From IMG/VR virus record IMGVR_UViG_3300037247_000623: a stretch of DNA of 64,000 nt; one strand, 5' to 3'. Source of the stretch: an uncultured virus (IMG/VR IMGVR_UViG_3300037247_000623). Taxonomy: Duplodnaviria > Heunggongvirae > Uroviricota > Caudoviricetes. The notes under the pieces were generated by a model. The model saw only the letters and a program-made list of their open reading frames with translations. It was not told the DNA's origin and did no database searches. Shown here piece by piece: positions 38,273 through 47,456 of this stretch (its first letter is position 1; each line of letters opens with the position of its first letter). A program made the translations under genes and the position numbers.

Positions 38273-39028
38273 ATGCCAACCATCGCATTCGTAGGTGACA
38301 CCCACGGCGAAATCCAGAAGATGTACGACTGGCTCTGGAACTGGATGGAGCGCACCAAGCAAGGGATAGATGCCGTTGTGCAGGTGGGGGACTTCGGGAT
38401 ATTCCTGGAGAGGGATTTCGACGAGTTTCGTAGGTATTGGAGGGGAGAGCGCAAGATCCCCATTCGTACTTGGGTTTGTCCCGGCAATCACGAAGATCAC
38501 ACCGCAATCAAGGTGTGGCAGGACCAGCCCGACAGGATTCCCAACCTACACTTGATGCCGGATGGGGGAGTTACTGAAATCAAAGGACTTAAGGTTGCTT
38601 CGGTGTGGGGGAACTACTCTCCGAAGTCGTGGATGGATCCACGCAGGGTCAAGCAGGCTAGAGAGCAAGGTGCGGGAGGACGCGTTGCTATGCACATCTA
38701 CCGCCTAGCGGTGGAGAAGCTTTTTCTTGCCCCACCAGACGGTATAGACGTTTTAGTTACACATGACTCGCCCGCCCTGCCGAGCATGTTTCCTGACCTG
38801 ATGCAGCCGGATGAGGGGATTAAAGCTATCTTAGGGATGGATGCTGACGAGTGGGTATCCGGTTGTCCGGGCTTCTCCCTCCTCCGTGTACACTTTAAGC
38901 CTACACATCACTTCTTCGGTCATGTCCATGTCCCCAAAGAGGTTGAGGAGAATGGATGCCATATTCAGTGCCTCCAAGCCCTTCAGTATCAACGAGATAG
39001 CGAAAGTTTTCACTTTCTCTCATTTTAG
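38273..39028 (+). CDS. Calcineurin-like metallophosphoesterase
   Basis: GDTHG, VGDFG, GNHED, THDSP, FGHVH. Confidence 0.9.
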   Translation: MPTIAFVGDTHGEIQKMYDWLWNWMERTKQGIDAVVQVGDFGIFLERDFDEFRRYWRGERKIPIRTWVCPGNHEDHTAIKVWQDQPDRIPNLHLMPDGGVTEIKGLKVASVWGNYSPKSWMDPRRVKQAREQGAGGRVAMHIYRLAVEKLFLAPPDGIDVLVTHDSPALPSMFPDLMQPDEGIKAILGMDADEWVSGCPGFSLLRVHFKPTHHFFGHVHVPKEVEENGCHIQCLQALQYQRDSESFHFLSF

Positions 39029-39065
39029 GTCGTAATTCCTCTCATCTCAGGGTCTAACATAGTAG
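39029..39065 (+). promoter_or_regulatory. Phage ECF-type promoter copy 3
   Basis: GTCGTAAT-N13-GGGTCTAACATAGTAG. Confidence 0.8.
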
Positions 39066-39354
39066 GAGAGATGAGGATAGTTTGTCCATTTTGTGAGAGC
39101 GACCAGACTGTACCAGTCAAGAAGGGCTGGTACTGGTGCGAAGAGTGCGCGTTGATTTTTTATGGGGGATAGCCGATGAAAAAGGAAGAAACTTACTACG
39201 TTCTCCACGCACTAAGAGGGATGCAGTCCTCCGTAGGAGGGATTAAAAGACATTTTAGTAAGCTTCAGTTGCCTTTTCCGCATAGTTTGATATACCTGTC
39301 GGGTTACTTAAAGACGGTGATTAAGGTTGTTGAAAAAGCTGTAGAAGGGTACAA

Positions 39355-39621
39355 GTGAATATCAAATACTCCGAGATAGCTCCGGGCGACCGCATCCGTA
39401 TCAAGTGGATAGACTCGCAGAACAAGGCGGAGTGGCACACGCCAGAAGAGCTTGAGGCATTGGGCCTAAACTCCCATGTTATCACGGAGGGCCTTGTCTT
39501 TAAGAGGGTGAAGGATGGGTTGCTGCTCTATAGCTCGAAGTCCACGGATGGACAGCAGTATGGGAGTTGCAACTTTATACCGAAGGTTTGTATTGATAAG
39601 AAGGAGATTGAGAGGCTATAA
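39355..39621 (+). CDS. Small beta-barrel-like phage protein, related to 43790..44074
   Basis: Shared GD.(I/V)R(I/V).W.D...W...G...F(I/V)P pattern. Confidence 0.5.
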   Translation: MNIKYSEIAPGDRIRIKWIDSQNKAEWHTPEELEALGLNSHVITEGLVFKRVKDGLLLYSSKSTDGQQYGSCNFIPKVCIDKKEIERL

Positions 39622-40505
39622 TGCGAGGGGATAACAGCAGGGCGGGTAAATGGCATAAGTGCCCGATGGCCTATCAGGAGCGGTACATAAAGAACCGGGA
39701 GAAGGATTGGGAGAAGATCACAGGGAAGCCGCCTGCTCATCGCTTCGGGAAAAGGATGCACGAGCTTTTGGAGGAGCATTACAAGGGAGAGAAGGGAATA
39801 TACCTCCGTGAGCTTCCGGGTATCGAAGACGAAGCCCAGCTCATGTTCGAGATGTACAAGGCCCACTATCCTGTTGAGCCGTTTGAGGTTCTGGAGGTGG
39901 AGAGGGTATTTGAGGTTCCCCTACCTGTACCATGCGGTGAATGTCGGAAATTGACCGAGAGGACGAAAGATGGGTGGTTCACTTGTCACCACGAAGGGAA
40001 TATGTGGGGAAGAAATATTCCTAGCCACACCTACACAGGCAAGATAGACCTCATCGTCCGGGACAAGGCAAGCGGTCTGCTTCGCATCCTAGACCACAAG
40101 ACGCAGAAGCGCAACGCTAAGAGCAACTTACCAGGGGTGTGGACAGCGCGAGCGCAAGCGAGCTTGTATATGTGGGTCGCCGAGCGCCTCATGGGAGAGA
40201 AGATAGACTGCTTCATTCTAAACCTCCTAACGAGGCAGAGCGACGCAGGCAACTGCCCGCCTGAGTTTCCTGACAGGCAGCATATCCAGAGGACACCTGA
40301 GCAGCAAGAGGAGGCCATTAGGAACATCATCTGGACATTCGATCAGATTGAGCGGATGGAGAAGGAGTTTGGGGATAAGCCCTACCCTCAAGACCGAGAC
40401 CAATGTCAGGTGGGGAACTTCAAGTGCGACTACTACCCCCTGCATGTCTACGGGGAGACTGAGTTTACTCTGGCGGAGTTCAAGGAGGCTGAGGAATACT
40501 TATGA
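39621..40505 (+). CDS. PD-(D/E)XK (RecB/Cas4-like) exonuclease
   Basis: CP...FGKRMHELLE, GKIDL, ILDHKT, Q..LY, C-terminal Cys. Confidence 0.85.
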   Translation: MRGDNSRAGKWHKCPMAYQERYIKNREKDWEKITGKPPAHRFGKRMHELLEEHYKGEKGIYLRELPGIEDEAQLMFEMYKAHYPVEPFEVLEVERVFEVPLPVPCGECRKLTERTKDGWFTCHHEGNMWGRNIPSHTYTGKIDLIVRDKASGLLRILDHKTQKRNAKSNLPGVWTARAQASLYMWVAERLMGEKIDCFILNLLTRQSDAGNCPPEFPDRQHIQRTPEQQEEAIRNIIWTFDQIERMEKEFGDKPYPQDRDQCQVGNFKCDYYPLHVYGETEFTLAEFKEAEEYL

Positions 40506-40778
40506 TTTTAGTGGGAAAGAACGGAGAAGAGATAAAGTTTGAGTCGCCAGAAGATTTAGAGCGGAGAGAGGCGATGGGAAGCATAGACGATCTTAGGGCG
40601 GCAGTAGATGATCTGACGGCAGAGGGAGAAGAGACCCGCCTCGCCTATGCGGAGCAAGTTGAGGAACTCGAAGCAGAAGTAGAGTCTTGGAAGAACAGTT
40701 ATGAGAGGGAGAAGAAGGAGAAGGATGAACTAGCAGTACGGTTTGAAGTAGCCCTGCACATTCCGGAGGAATAGAACT

Positions 40779-40874
40779 ATGCAAATTCCAAGCTACCCTA
40801 AAGTATTCGCACTCGGCCACAAAGCCATCGGTGGCATCTTCAACAACGAAGTAGTGGTTCAGGAGAAGCTATGA
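40779..40874 (+). pseudogene. Truncated RNA ligase (Rnl2-like) remnant
   Basis: MQIPSYPKVFALGHKAIGGIFNNEVVVQEKL-stop, ending just before the DG of motif I (KxDG); GGAGG RBS. Confidence 0.55.
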
Positions 40875-41330
40875 GCGAACCGAGTCGTCTAGATGGGATA
40901 CCCGAAGAATACTATGACGAGTGTGCCGACCCAAGATGTGGTCATTATCGCTGTGAGCATGATATAAGACTTGGAAAGGCGGTATATATAAGACCTGGAT
41001 GTGAAGCACAAGCCAAAGAATTTGAGGATGTGCATTGGCCTGGATGCGCTAATGCAGATTGTCCATGCGAGAACTTTAAGGAGGGGAAGGATGAGAGACC
41101 AACTGAAACCCCCAACGGTAGCTAGTCAGGTTGTGTTCTATATAATGTTGTTTTTTGTTACTTCTGCGTTTGCTTACGGGTTGAATCATCTTTTAACTCA
41201 CATTAAATAAGGAGATGATATAAAACCTCATTACCGAAATGACTCGAATCTTCCACCCGTCCCGCTATCGTGGTGGGTAGGGGGCGGTATCATCCTAATT
41301 ATAATGTTGTTTTTCGTATAAAGGAGAAAT

Positions 41331-42137
41331 ATGTCGCTCGAAATAAAAAATACCAAGGAATTACTAAATCCCGAAAATATCCGACTGAAAATCCTGATAA
41401 TGGGCCTACCGGGGTCGGGCAAGACGGAGTGGATCAGTGAGGCCCCCAATCTTGGGGTAGCGGCTTGTGAAAGTGGGCACGGTAAGGGGCTTCTGACCGT
41501 TGCGGAGAAAGGCTTAGACTACGTTACACCTACATCTATGGCCGATTTCGATGCTGTGTGTAGCGGTCTGATATTCAAAGACAAAGATACTATCGTTTTA
41601 GATTCTTTATCTGAGATGACGAAGACCTTTGTCAAAGAGGATGCGCTTAGAGTTCCTAGAACCAAAGGGCAATCCGCCAAGCGAGCGCGGGGCGTACCAG
41701 AGTTAGATGATTATGGGACGATGGGTGAACTGACCCGGCGGCTACTCAATAAGCTAATCGGTCTGGACAAACATGTTATAGCTACCGCAACTTTGCGATT
41801 CATGCAGCCCGACGCAGAGACAGGGAGAGGTGCCTTCCTAATCGGGCCAGACCTGCCGGGGCAACTCTTCCTCGGCACGACTGCGATGTTCGACATCGTA
41901 ATATGCGTAAAGACCCGTCAGAAGCTTCGCAACCCAAAGGATGCCAAGTCCCGCTATACGGAGCGTTACCTACTGACGGAGGGCGACGGCACGCACGTCG
42001 TCAAGTGTCGGTGGGTGAGGAATGGGAAGAGCCTACTGGATGCCGAAGAGCTGTTCGAGAAGGGCGGGCGCGGGACGTTCAAGTACATCCTTGAGAAGAT
42101 TAAGAAGGGGTGTGCGGAGGGGGCGGAGAGAGTTTAG
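41331..42137 (+). CDS. Sak4-like AAA ATPase / recombinase
   Basis: GLPGSGKT, IVLDSLSE, DYG, HVIATA; lies between exonuclease and SSB. Confidence 0.8.
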   Translation: MSLEIKNTKELLNPENIRLKILIMGLPGSGKTEWISEAPNLGVAACESGHGKGLLTVAEKGLDYVTPTSMADFDAVCSGLIFKDKDTIVLDSLSEMTKTFVKEDALRVPRTKGQSAKRARGVPELDDYGTMGELTRRLLNKLIGLDKHVIATATLRFMQPDAETGRGAFLIGPDLPGQLFLGTTAMFDIVICVKTRQKLRNPKDAKSRYTERYLLTEGDGTHVVKCRWVRNGKSLLDAEELFEKGGRGTFKYILEKIKKGCAEGAERV

Positions 42138-42212
42138 CGGGGTGTAGGGCAGTCTGGCCAGCCCACCCGCCCTGGACGCGGGACGACGGTGGTTCGAATC
42201 CATCCACCCCGA
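42138..42212 (+). tRNA. tRNA-Pro (TGG) with atypical anticodon loop
   Basis: CGGGGTG/CACCCCG-A acceptor, GGTTCGAATCC T-arm, loop CC-TGG-AC; no encoded CCA. Confidence 0.8.
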
Positions 42213-42221
42213 TTTTTCTAT

Positions 42222-42283
42222 GCAGGCCCCCCGGGGATTTGACGTTAGATCGCAACTAGCGACCCGGTCAAGGGCCTGCTCCA
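42222..42283 (+). ncRNA. tRNA-Gly acceptor-mimic RNA 1
   Basis: GCAGGCCC...GGGCCTGC-T-CCA with internal GATCGCAAC T-loop-like hairpin. Confidence 0.6.
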
Positions 42284-42290
42284 TCTCAAA

Positions 42291-42359
42291 GCGGGCCTTC
42301 TATCTTGTGCTGTAACTCGGCGCGACGGATCGTAACCGGAGTAGTTAAGGCCCGCTCCA
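42291..42359 (+). ncRNA. tRNA-Gly acceptor-mimic RNA 2
   Basis: GCGGGCCTT...AAGGCCCGC-T-CCA with internal GATCGTAAC T-loop-like hairpin. Confidence 0.65.
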
Positions 42360-42363
42360 ATTT

Positions 42364-42511
42364 CTGTGCTGTGGCGGAATAGACGCGCCCCTAGCGGGCA
42401 TAGTAGACGCTAGGCTTGTTAGCAAGGGGAGTGATCCCCGTCCATCAGGCCGAGCCAATATTCGATGGAGAAAGGCATCCAGGGTGGCTACGGGAATCCC
42501 TGGCAGCGCAG
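42364..42511 (+). ncRNA. Expanded tRNA-Leu-like RNA
   Basis: CTGTGCTG/CAGCGCAG acceptor, TGGCGGAATAGACGC D-arm, CCAGGG...AATCCCTGG T-arm, four hairpins in place of the anticodon loop. Confidence 0.5.
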
Positions 42512-42634
42512 ATGATTTGCGGAGTATAGCTGGTATACCAGGAACGGCTGCTAGCACCGCAAGACGGGACGACCGTTCTAGATCCCGAGAATTCTAACTC
42601 GTTGAAAACAAAGCGAAAAAAGATTGAAAATAGT

Positions 42635-42671
42635 GTCGTAATTCACCGCTTTTCTGGGTCTAACATAGTAG
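42635..42671 (+). promoter_or_regulatory. Phage ECF-type promoter copy 4 (replication operon)
   Basis: GTCGTAAT-N13-GGGTCTAACATAGTAG. Confidence 0.8.
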
Positions 42672-42692
42672 AAGCAAGAGAGGAGATAAAAT

Positions 42693-43109
42693 ATGGGTTG
42701 GGTAAATTTGAAGGCTGATGAGGTTAGTCCATTCCAAGAGCCGATTGCTATTGGGGACTACGACTTTCAGCTTCTAGGGGCTACACTCGATAACGCATCC
42801 AACAGATTGAACATCAAGGCCGTTATCGCCAGCGATGGTGAGTATACAGGCCGGAGGGTTCGATTCAGTTTCCCAGACCCCGACCAGTACGATTGGGCAC
42901 CTAGAGTCTTTGCGCGCTTGCGTGAAGCACTAGGGGTTACGGCACTCCCAGGGGAGGAGCCGCTCACGTATCTGAATCGGGCTGCGGAAAATGGGGGAAG
43001 GTTCGGTGCTCAGATTACGCACCGTGAATACGTGCCGGAGGGCGGGGATCCAAACACTCCCCAAGTCTCCTCGGACGTAGACATTTTTAACTTTCGGGTA
43101 GCAGCCTAA
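42693..43109 (+). CDS. Single-stranded DNA-binding protein (DUF669-like)
   Basis: PIAIGDYDF...GEYTGRRV; follows the Sak4-like gene. Confidence 0.65.
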   Translation: MGWVNLKADEVSPFQEPIAIGDYDFQLLGATLDNASNRLNIKAVIASDGEYTGRRVRFSFPDPDQYDWAPRVFARLREALGVTALPGEEPLTYLNRAAENGGRFGAQITHREYVPEGGDPNTPQVSSDVDIFNFRVAA

Positions 43110-43207
43110 AGCAGTTAGGAAAAGAGGTTCGAGTCTTGATCACTAGCGACTCGCCGGGACAATAGTGACGAGGGTTGGGCCTCTATTCCTATATCTAATG
43201 GGGTAAT

Positions 43208-43513
43208 ATGGACTTCGAGCATATTCTAGCACGCGAGTTGTTACACTGGGGATGGGGAGGAACGCTCTATTTATACTCCTTGCTAGGATTCCACTACCTA
43301 CAACGGTTCACCAAGTTCAAGATAAATGACCTAGCCGGATTTGTTGTCCCGGCGGTAGTCCTAGTGTTCATCATATCTGTCGGAGAATTCGGCGAGCTGT
43401 CACGGGGCTCGTGGCTTGGGAAGTCTTACATCGATCTCGCAACATGGATAGGTTCAGTAGGGAGTATGGCTTGGCTAGTTAGGTGGTTGAAGAGGCACGC
43501 ATGGACGCGATAA
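43208..43513 (+). CDS. Membrane protein
   Basis: Three hydrophobic segments. Confidence 0.5.
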   Translation: MDFEHILARELLHWGWGGTLYLYSLLGFHYLQRFTKFKINDLAGFVVPAVVLVFIISVGEFGELSRGSWLGKSYIDLATWIGSVGSMAWLVRWLKRHAWTR

Positions 43514-43789
43514 GACATCTTGTAGAGTTGGTGAAGAGTGACCCCTTGATGGGAGCCTTTGTTCTTGCTTGGTTCTCAGGGGTGGGGTACATAGCTTGGA
43601 GCTTTATACGATAGGGGGTTGTGATGCATCCAGAGAATGCTGCGTTGTACGCGAAGATTGATCTCTATGAAAATGTCGTAAAGAAAGCGAGGGTTGTTAT
43701 AACCGAGTTCCTTGATATGGAGGGAGGTCGGATAGAGTCTACACCTGATAGTATTCAGGGGCTTAATACCGCGATTGAGGAGGCTGCCA

Positions 43790-44074
43790 ATGGCAAAAAG
43801 AAAGTTTAAGTTCGGGGACATAGTACGGGTTGATTGGAGGGATGCAGCGGGCTACGCGGGGTGGCTGTACCCTGACGATCTGAAAAAAGACGGTGCTATG
43901 ATAACTGCTACTATAGGCCACTTTATAGGGGAATCGAAGTATGGTATTTGGACCGCCGCGATGATGAATCAGAATCACCGCCTAAACGATGTAAGTTTCG
44001 TTCCCCGTGGAATGGTTCTTAAGACCACGTTCGTTTCTCGCCCTAAGTTGCCCCGGCCAAAGGGCGAGAAGTAG
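43790..44074 (+). CDS. Small phage protein, related to 39355..39621
   Basis: VRVDWRDAAGYAGW...TIGHF...FVPRGMV. Confidence 0.55.
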   Translation: MAKRKFKFGDIVRVDWRDAAGYAGWLYPDDLKKDGAMITATIGHFIGESKYGIWTAAMMNQNHRLNDVSFVPRGMVLKTTFVSRPKLPRPKGEK

Positions 44075-46522
44075 TTGGCACAGGTAAAAGATATAGAAGG
44101 GTGTAACAACTGCCACATGCAGCGGTTGTTCCCAAACTCAAATTTTGTTCCGCCGAAGCGGGGAACCGGCCTACGGCTCGTGATCTCGGAAGCGCCTGGA
44201 GAAGAGGAAGCTCTGAGAGGGGAGCCGCTTGTGGGGGGTTCGGGTCGATGGTACGACAGCATGGCTCGAAAGGCGCGAGTTCCCCGCGCTTCGGTGACAA
44301 TCACTAACTGCTTGAGTTGTCGTCCGCCTAAGAACGTCTTTCCAACTTCCTCAGACGCAAGGAGTTACATATCCCTGGCGGACGGGAAGAAGGCGGTCGA
44401 ACAATGCTATCAGAACCACGTCGTACCCGTCTTAAAGAGCCGTCCGTGGACGCGGATTGACCTCTTAGGGGAACGACCCCTCCGAATTGTCGCCAAGAAG
44501 AACGGGGGCATCTTCAAGCATCGCGGAAGTCCGATGCCGATTCCGGAGTTGGGAGACAAGAACATAGCTATCCCTACGCTGCACCCCGCATACGTCATGA
44601 GAGATCAAACGTATGTTCCCGTAGTCGTCAACGATTTCAAGAAGGGGCTGATTGAGCCGCCTGAGAACTACAACATAAAGCCGAGCTTGGATGATGTGAG
44701 GGCGTTTGATGCTAAAGAGTTTTGTTTTGACATTGAAACGAATAGGTTTACTTCTGAGATACTTATGGTGGGCCTATCGGACAAGCCGTTCCATGCCGTT
44801 TGTGTCCCATTTAGAGGGGCTTACATTGCGGAACTCAAACGAATTTTTCGCAATGCTACAAGTTTGGTTGGGCACAATAGTATCCAATTTGACCTGCCCA
44901 TCTTGCAGAAGTCGGGAATTCAACATAGAGCGGAAACCCTCTGGGATACTATGCTCATGCAACACCTGCTTCAACCCGATTTACCTCACGACCTGGAATT
45001 TGTCGGAAGTCTGTTTAGTAATAAACCAGCCTGGAAAGGTGAGAAAGAGTCCCTTGAGACGTACTGCTGTAGGGATGTAGACGTAACGCTCCAGTGTTTC
45101 AATCAGTTGCGGGCGATGCTGAAGGTAGAAAAGTTGGATGATCTCTACCATCTCGTACAGGTGCCGCTAGCTAAGATATGTCACCTGATGCAGACCACTG
45201 GGTTCAAGGTTGACTCCTCTCGTATCACTGAGGTACGGAAGCGCATCGAGAGGGAGATGTTGGTTGAGGAAGCGTATCTTGCTGTAGAATTAAGGACTTA
45301 CGACAAGCCTATCAACAAGCGGCAACTTGCTCCTCCCGGTACTAAGTCCGAAAAGACAGGTAGGCCGCTCAAGTACGTAATGGTTCCGAGCACGAAGAAG
45401 GTTGTTCCGTGGCGCTCGGCTAAGCCAGTTGAGAAATATCTGTACTACACGTTAGGCTTGCCCGTTCAGCATCATGTAAAGACAGAGCGAGTCACAACGG
45501 ACAAGATGGCGATAGATAAGCTCTATCGTTTGACTTGTCGAGATAGAAACAGACTAGCAGAAGAGTCACTATCAATCATGGCGATCAAGAAGCTCCGCCG
45601 GATGGACGAAATCCTGACGACCTTCTGCAAGGAGCAGATGACACATGTCAAGAGGATGCACCCACACCTTAATGTTCACGGGACAGCTAACGGACGGCTT
45701 AGTTCCAGTAAACCAAATCTCCAAAACATACCCCCCGCTGCGAGGGTAATATATGTACCTTCTCAGGAGGACTGGGTGATAATTGAGGCGGACTTCAGTG
45801 GAATAGAGAACAAGTTAGCGGCGCACTTCGCAGGAGATACAGAGCGCCTTACCCGCTTTCTTAAGGATAAAAATTTCTCCGAGCATAAGTACGCGGCTTC
45901 TTTATTTTTTGATATACCTATGTCAGAAGTGGAGAAAGACAATGCTAGTGATTCTCCCTACGGGAAAGCCAAACATATAGTTCACGGAGCAGATGGGGGA
46001 GTTGGGGCACAGAAAATCTCCCGAATGTACGACCTGGACTTCAAGGAAGTTAAGCAGCTTTTAGCACAGTGGAAGTCAGAGATTGCTCCTACTATTAGGT
46101 GGCAAGAAGTCTGTGCGAACGAAGCTAAGTATAAAGGATTCTTAACAAATCCTTTCTCAAGGAAGCGTTGGTTTTGGACGACAGCGGTGTATACAGAGTC
46201 CCTTCGGTTCCTTCCTCAGAGTTCGGGAGCAGATATTCTTTATCGTGCTCTTATTGCTATGATGTATGAAAGGATTGGGTGGCCGGTAGAGAAGGTATCT
46301 CAGATAGTACGAGTGTGGGAGCCTCTTCCGCAACCAGCGAGATTACTTCTAACTGTCCACGACTCTGCTACGTTCGAAGCACCGAGGAGCCAAGTAGATG
46401 ATGTGGTTGGAGTGATTCGAAGGGTCATGGAGCAGCCCTGGCCTGAGCTTGGGGGGATGAATATACCGATAGGCGTGGCTGTGGGGCCGAGTTGGGGGGA
46501 GGTAGAGAAGTATGAAGCTTAG
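44075..46522 (+). CDS. polA: Family A DNA polymerase with N-terminal family-4 uracil-DNA glycosylase-like domain and 3'-5' exonuclease
   Basis: CNNC...SEAPG...HPAY (UDG); FDIET, GHNSIQFD, YCCRDV (exo); GRLSSSKPNLQNIP, ADFSGIE, TVHDS (pol). Confidence 0.93.
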   Translation: MAQVKDIEGCNNCHMQRLFPNSNFVPPKRGTGLRLVISEAPGEEEALRGEPLVGGSGRWYDSMARKARVPRASVTITNCLSCRPPKNVFPTSSDARSYISLADGKKAVEQCYQNHVVPVLKSRPWTRIDLLGERPLRIVAKKNGGIFKHRGSPMPIPELGDKNIAIPTLHPAYVMRDQTYVPVVVNDFKKGLIEPPENYNIKPSLDDVRAFDAKEFCFDIETNRFTSEILMVGLSDKPFHAVCVPFRGAYIAELKRIFRNATSLVGHNSIQFDLPILQKSGIQHRAETLWDTMLMQHLLQPDLPHDLEFVGSLFSNKPAWKGEKESLETYCCRDVDVTLQCFNQLRAMLKVEKLDDLYHLVQVPLAKICHLMQTTGFKVDSSRITEVRKRIEREMLVEEAYLAVELRTYDKPINKRQLAPPGTKSEKTGRPLKYVMVPSTKKVVPWRSAKPVEKYLYYTLGLPVQHHVKTERVTTDKMAIDKLYRLTCRDRNRLAEESLSIMAIKKLRRMDEILTTFCKEQMTHVKRMHPHLNVHGTANGRLSSSKPNLQNIPPAARVIYVPSQEDWVIIEADFSGIENKLAAHFAGDTERLTRFLKDKNFSEHKYAASLFFDIPMSEVEKDNASDSPYGKAKHIVHGADGGVGAQKISRMYDLDFKEVKQLLAQWKSEIAPTIRWQEVCANEAKYKGFLTNPFSRKRWFWTTAVYTESLRFLPQSSGADILYRALIAMMYERIGWPVEKVSQIVRVWEPLPQPARLLLTVHDSATFEAPRSQVDDVVGVIRRVMEQPWPELGGMNIPIGVAVGPSWGEVEKYEA

Positions 46523-46696
46523 ACTCATATTCGAGATGGACGGATTTAGGCATAAGGTGCGACTGGAGGCGGAGTCATGGGACGGATTGGCCGATCTTGC
46601 TAAAAGAAGTACCTTCATTTTCGCGCTAGCCAAAGAGGATTTCCTAGAACACGAAGAGGAACTTGCAAAAGGTGTCCCGGCACAGGAGAGCAACAA

Positions 46697-47040
46697 TGAT
46701 TAAAGTCGGGGAAACCGCATTCTTAAAGACTACGGGAGAAGTGGTGTTTGTACTTCATATCTCCGGTATTTCTGACAACAACGAATACGAACGTTGTAAG
46801 TTTGCCAGTAAATTGTGGAATCAGGCGGGCCATTTTAGTGGACAAGCTGTGATGGTTCGACTTCCCATCTTGAGCGCAGGAGGGGGCATCGAACATAAGA
46901 CCGAGACTTTCCTAATCGAGGAACTCGAAACCGCTCAAGAGAAGTTTGACAGAGAGTTGAAGCAGTTCACGGAACTGCAGAAACGTCAACCGCTAAGGCC
47001 GTTAGAGAATGATGTTGACTCTAAGAAGAGAGTCAACTAA
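46697..47040 (+). CDS. Hypothetical protein
   Basis: MIKVGETAFLKTTGE...; start coordinate approximate. Confidence 0.45.
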
Positions 47041-47456
47041 TGGTTAAGCTCTTCGTTGATGGGGGGCCGAAAAAGGGCGCATGGGTCATGACCGATGACA
47101 TAGGTGGGTACATGGCCCACGATGAGATGACCCTAGAGGGTGTTCTCACGAGCAACGAGGGGGAGTATGAGGCTCTTTGGCTCGCGCTTAAGAAGCTCCT
47201 ACCCGGAGTTAAGGGGCCATTCTTAGTCTATCTAGACTCCAAGTTGGTGGTTAATCAACTCTCAGACGCATGGCGAATCAACAAGCCCACCCTGCGTCAG
47301 CGAGCAATTGAGATTTGGGCTCTGATTGTGAAGCATCCGGAGGCTATAGTACGGTTCAAATGGATAAGGAGAAACAAGAACTTCGCAGGGCTGTTGCTAG
47401 AGGGCAAAGGCTTGTCCAAACTCTTCCCAAAGATAGCTGGATTAGACGCTGGATAG
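47040..47456 (+). CDS. Ribonuclease HI
   Basis: FVDGG, TSNEGEYEAL, DSKLVVNQL, WIRRNKN. Confidence 0.88.
   Translation: MVKLFVDGGPKKGAWVMTDDIGGYMAHDEMTLEGVLTSNEGEYEALWLALKKLLPGVKGPFLVYLDSKLVVNQLSDAWRINKPTLRQRAIEIWALIVKHPEAIVRFKWIRRNKNFAGLLLEGKGLSKLFPKIAGLDAG

Noticed and set aside
39621..40505. CRISPR-associated Cas4 / CRISPR locus
   Set aside because: No repeat-spacer array or other cas genes; the exonuclease-Sak4-SSB context indicates a phage recombination module
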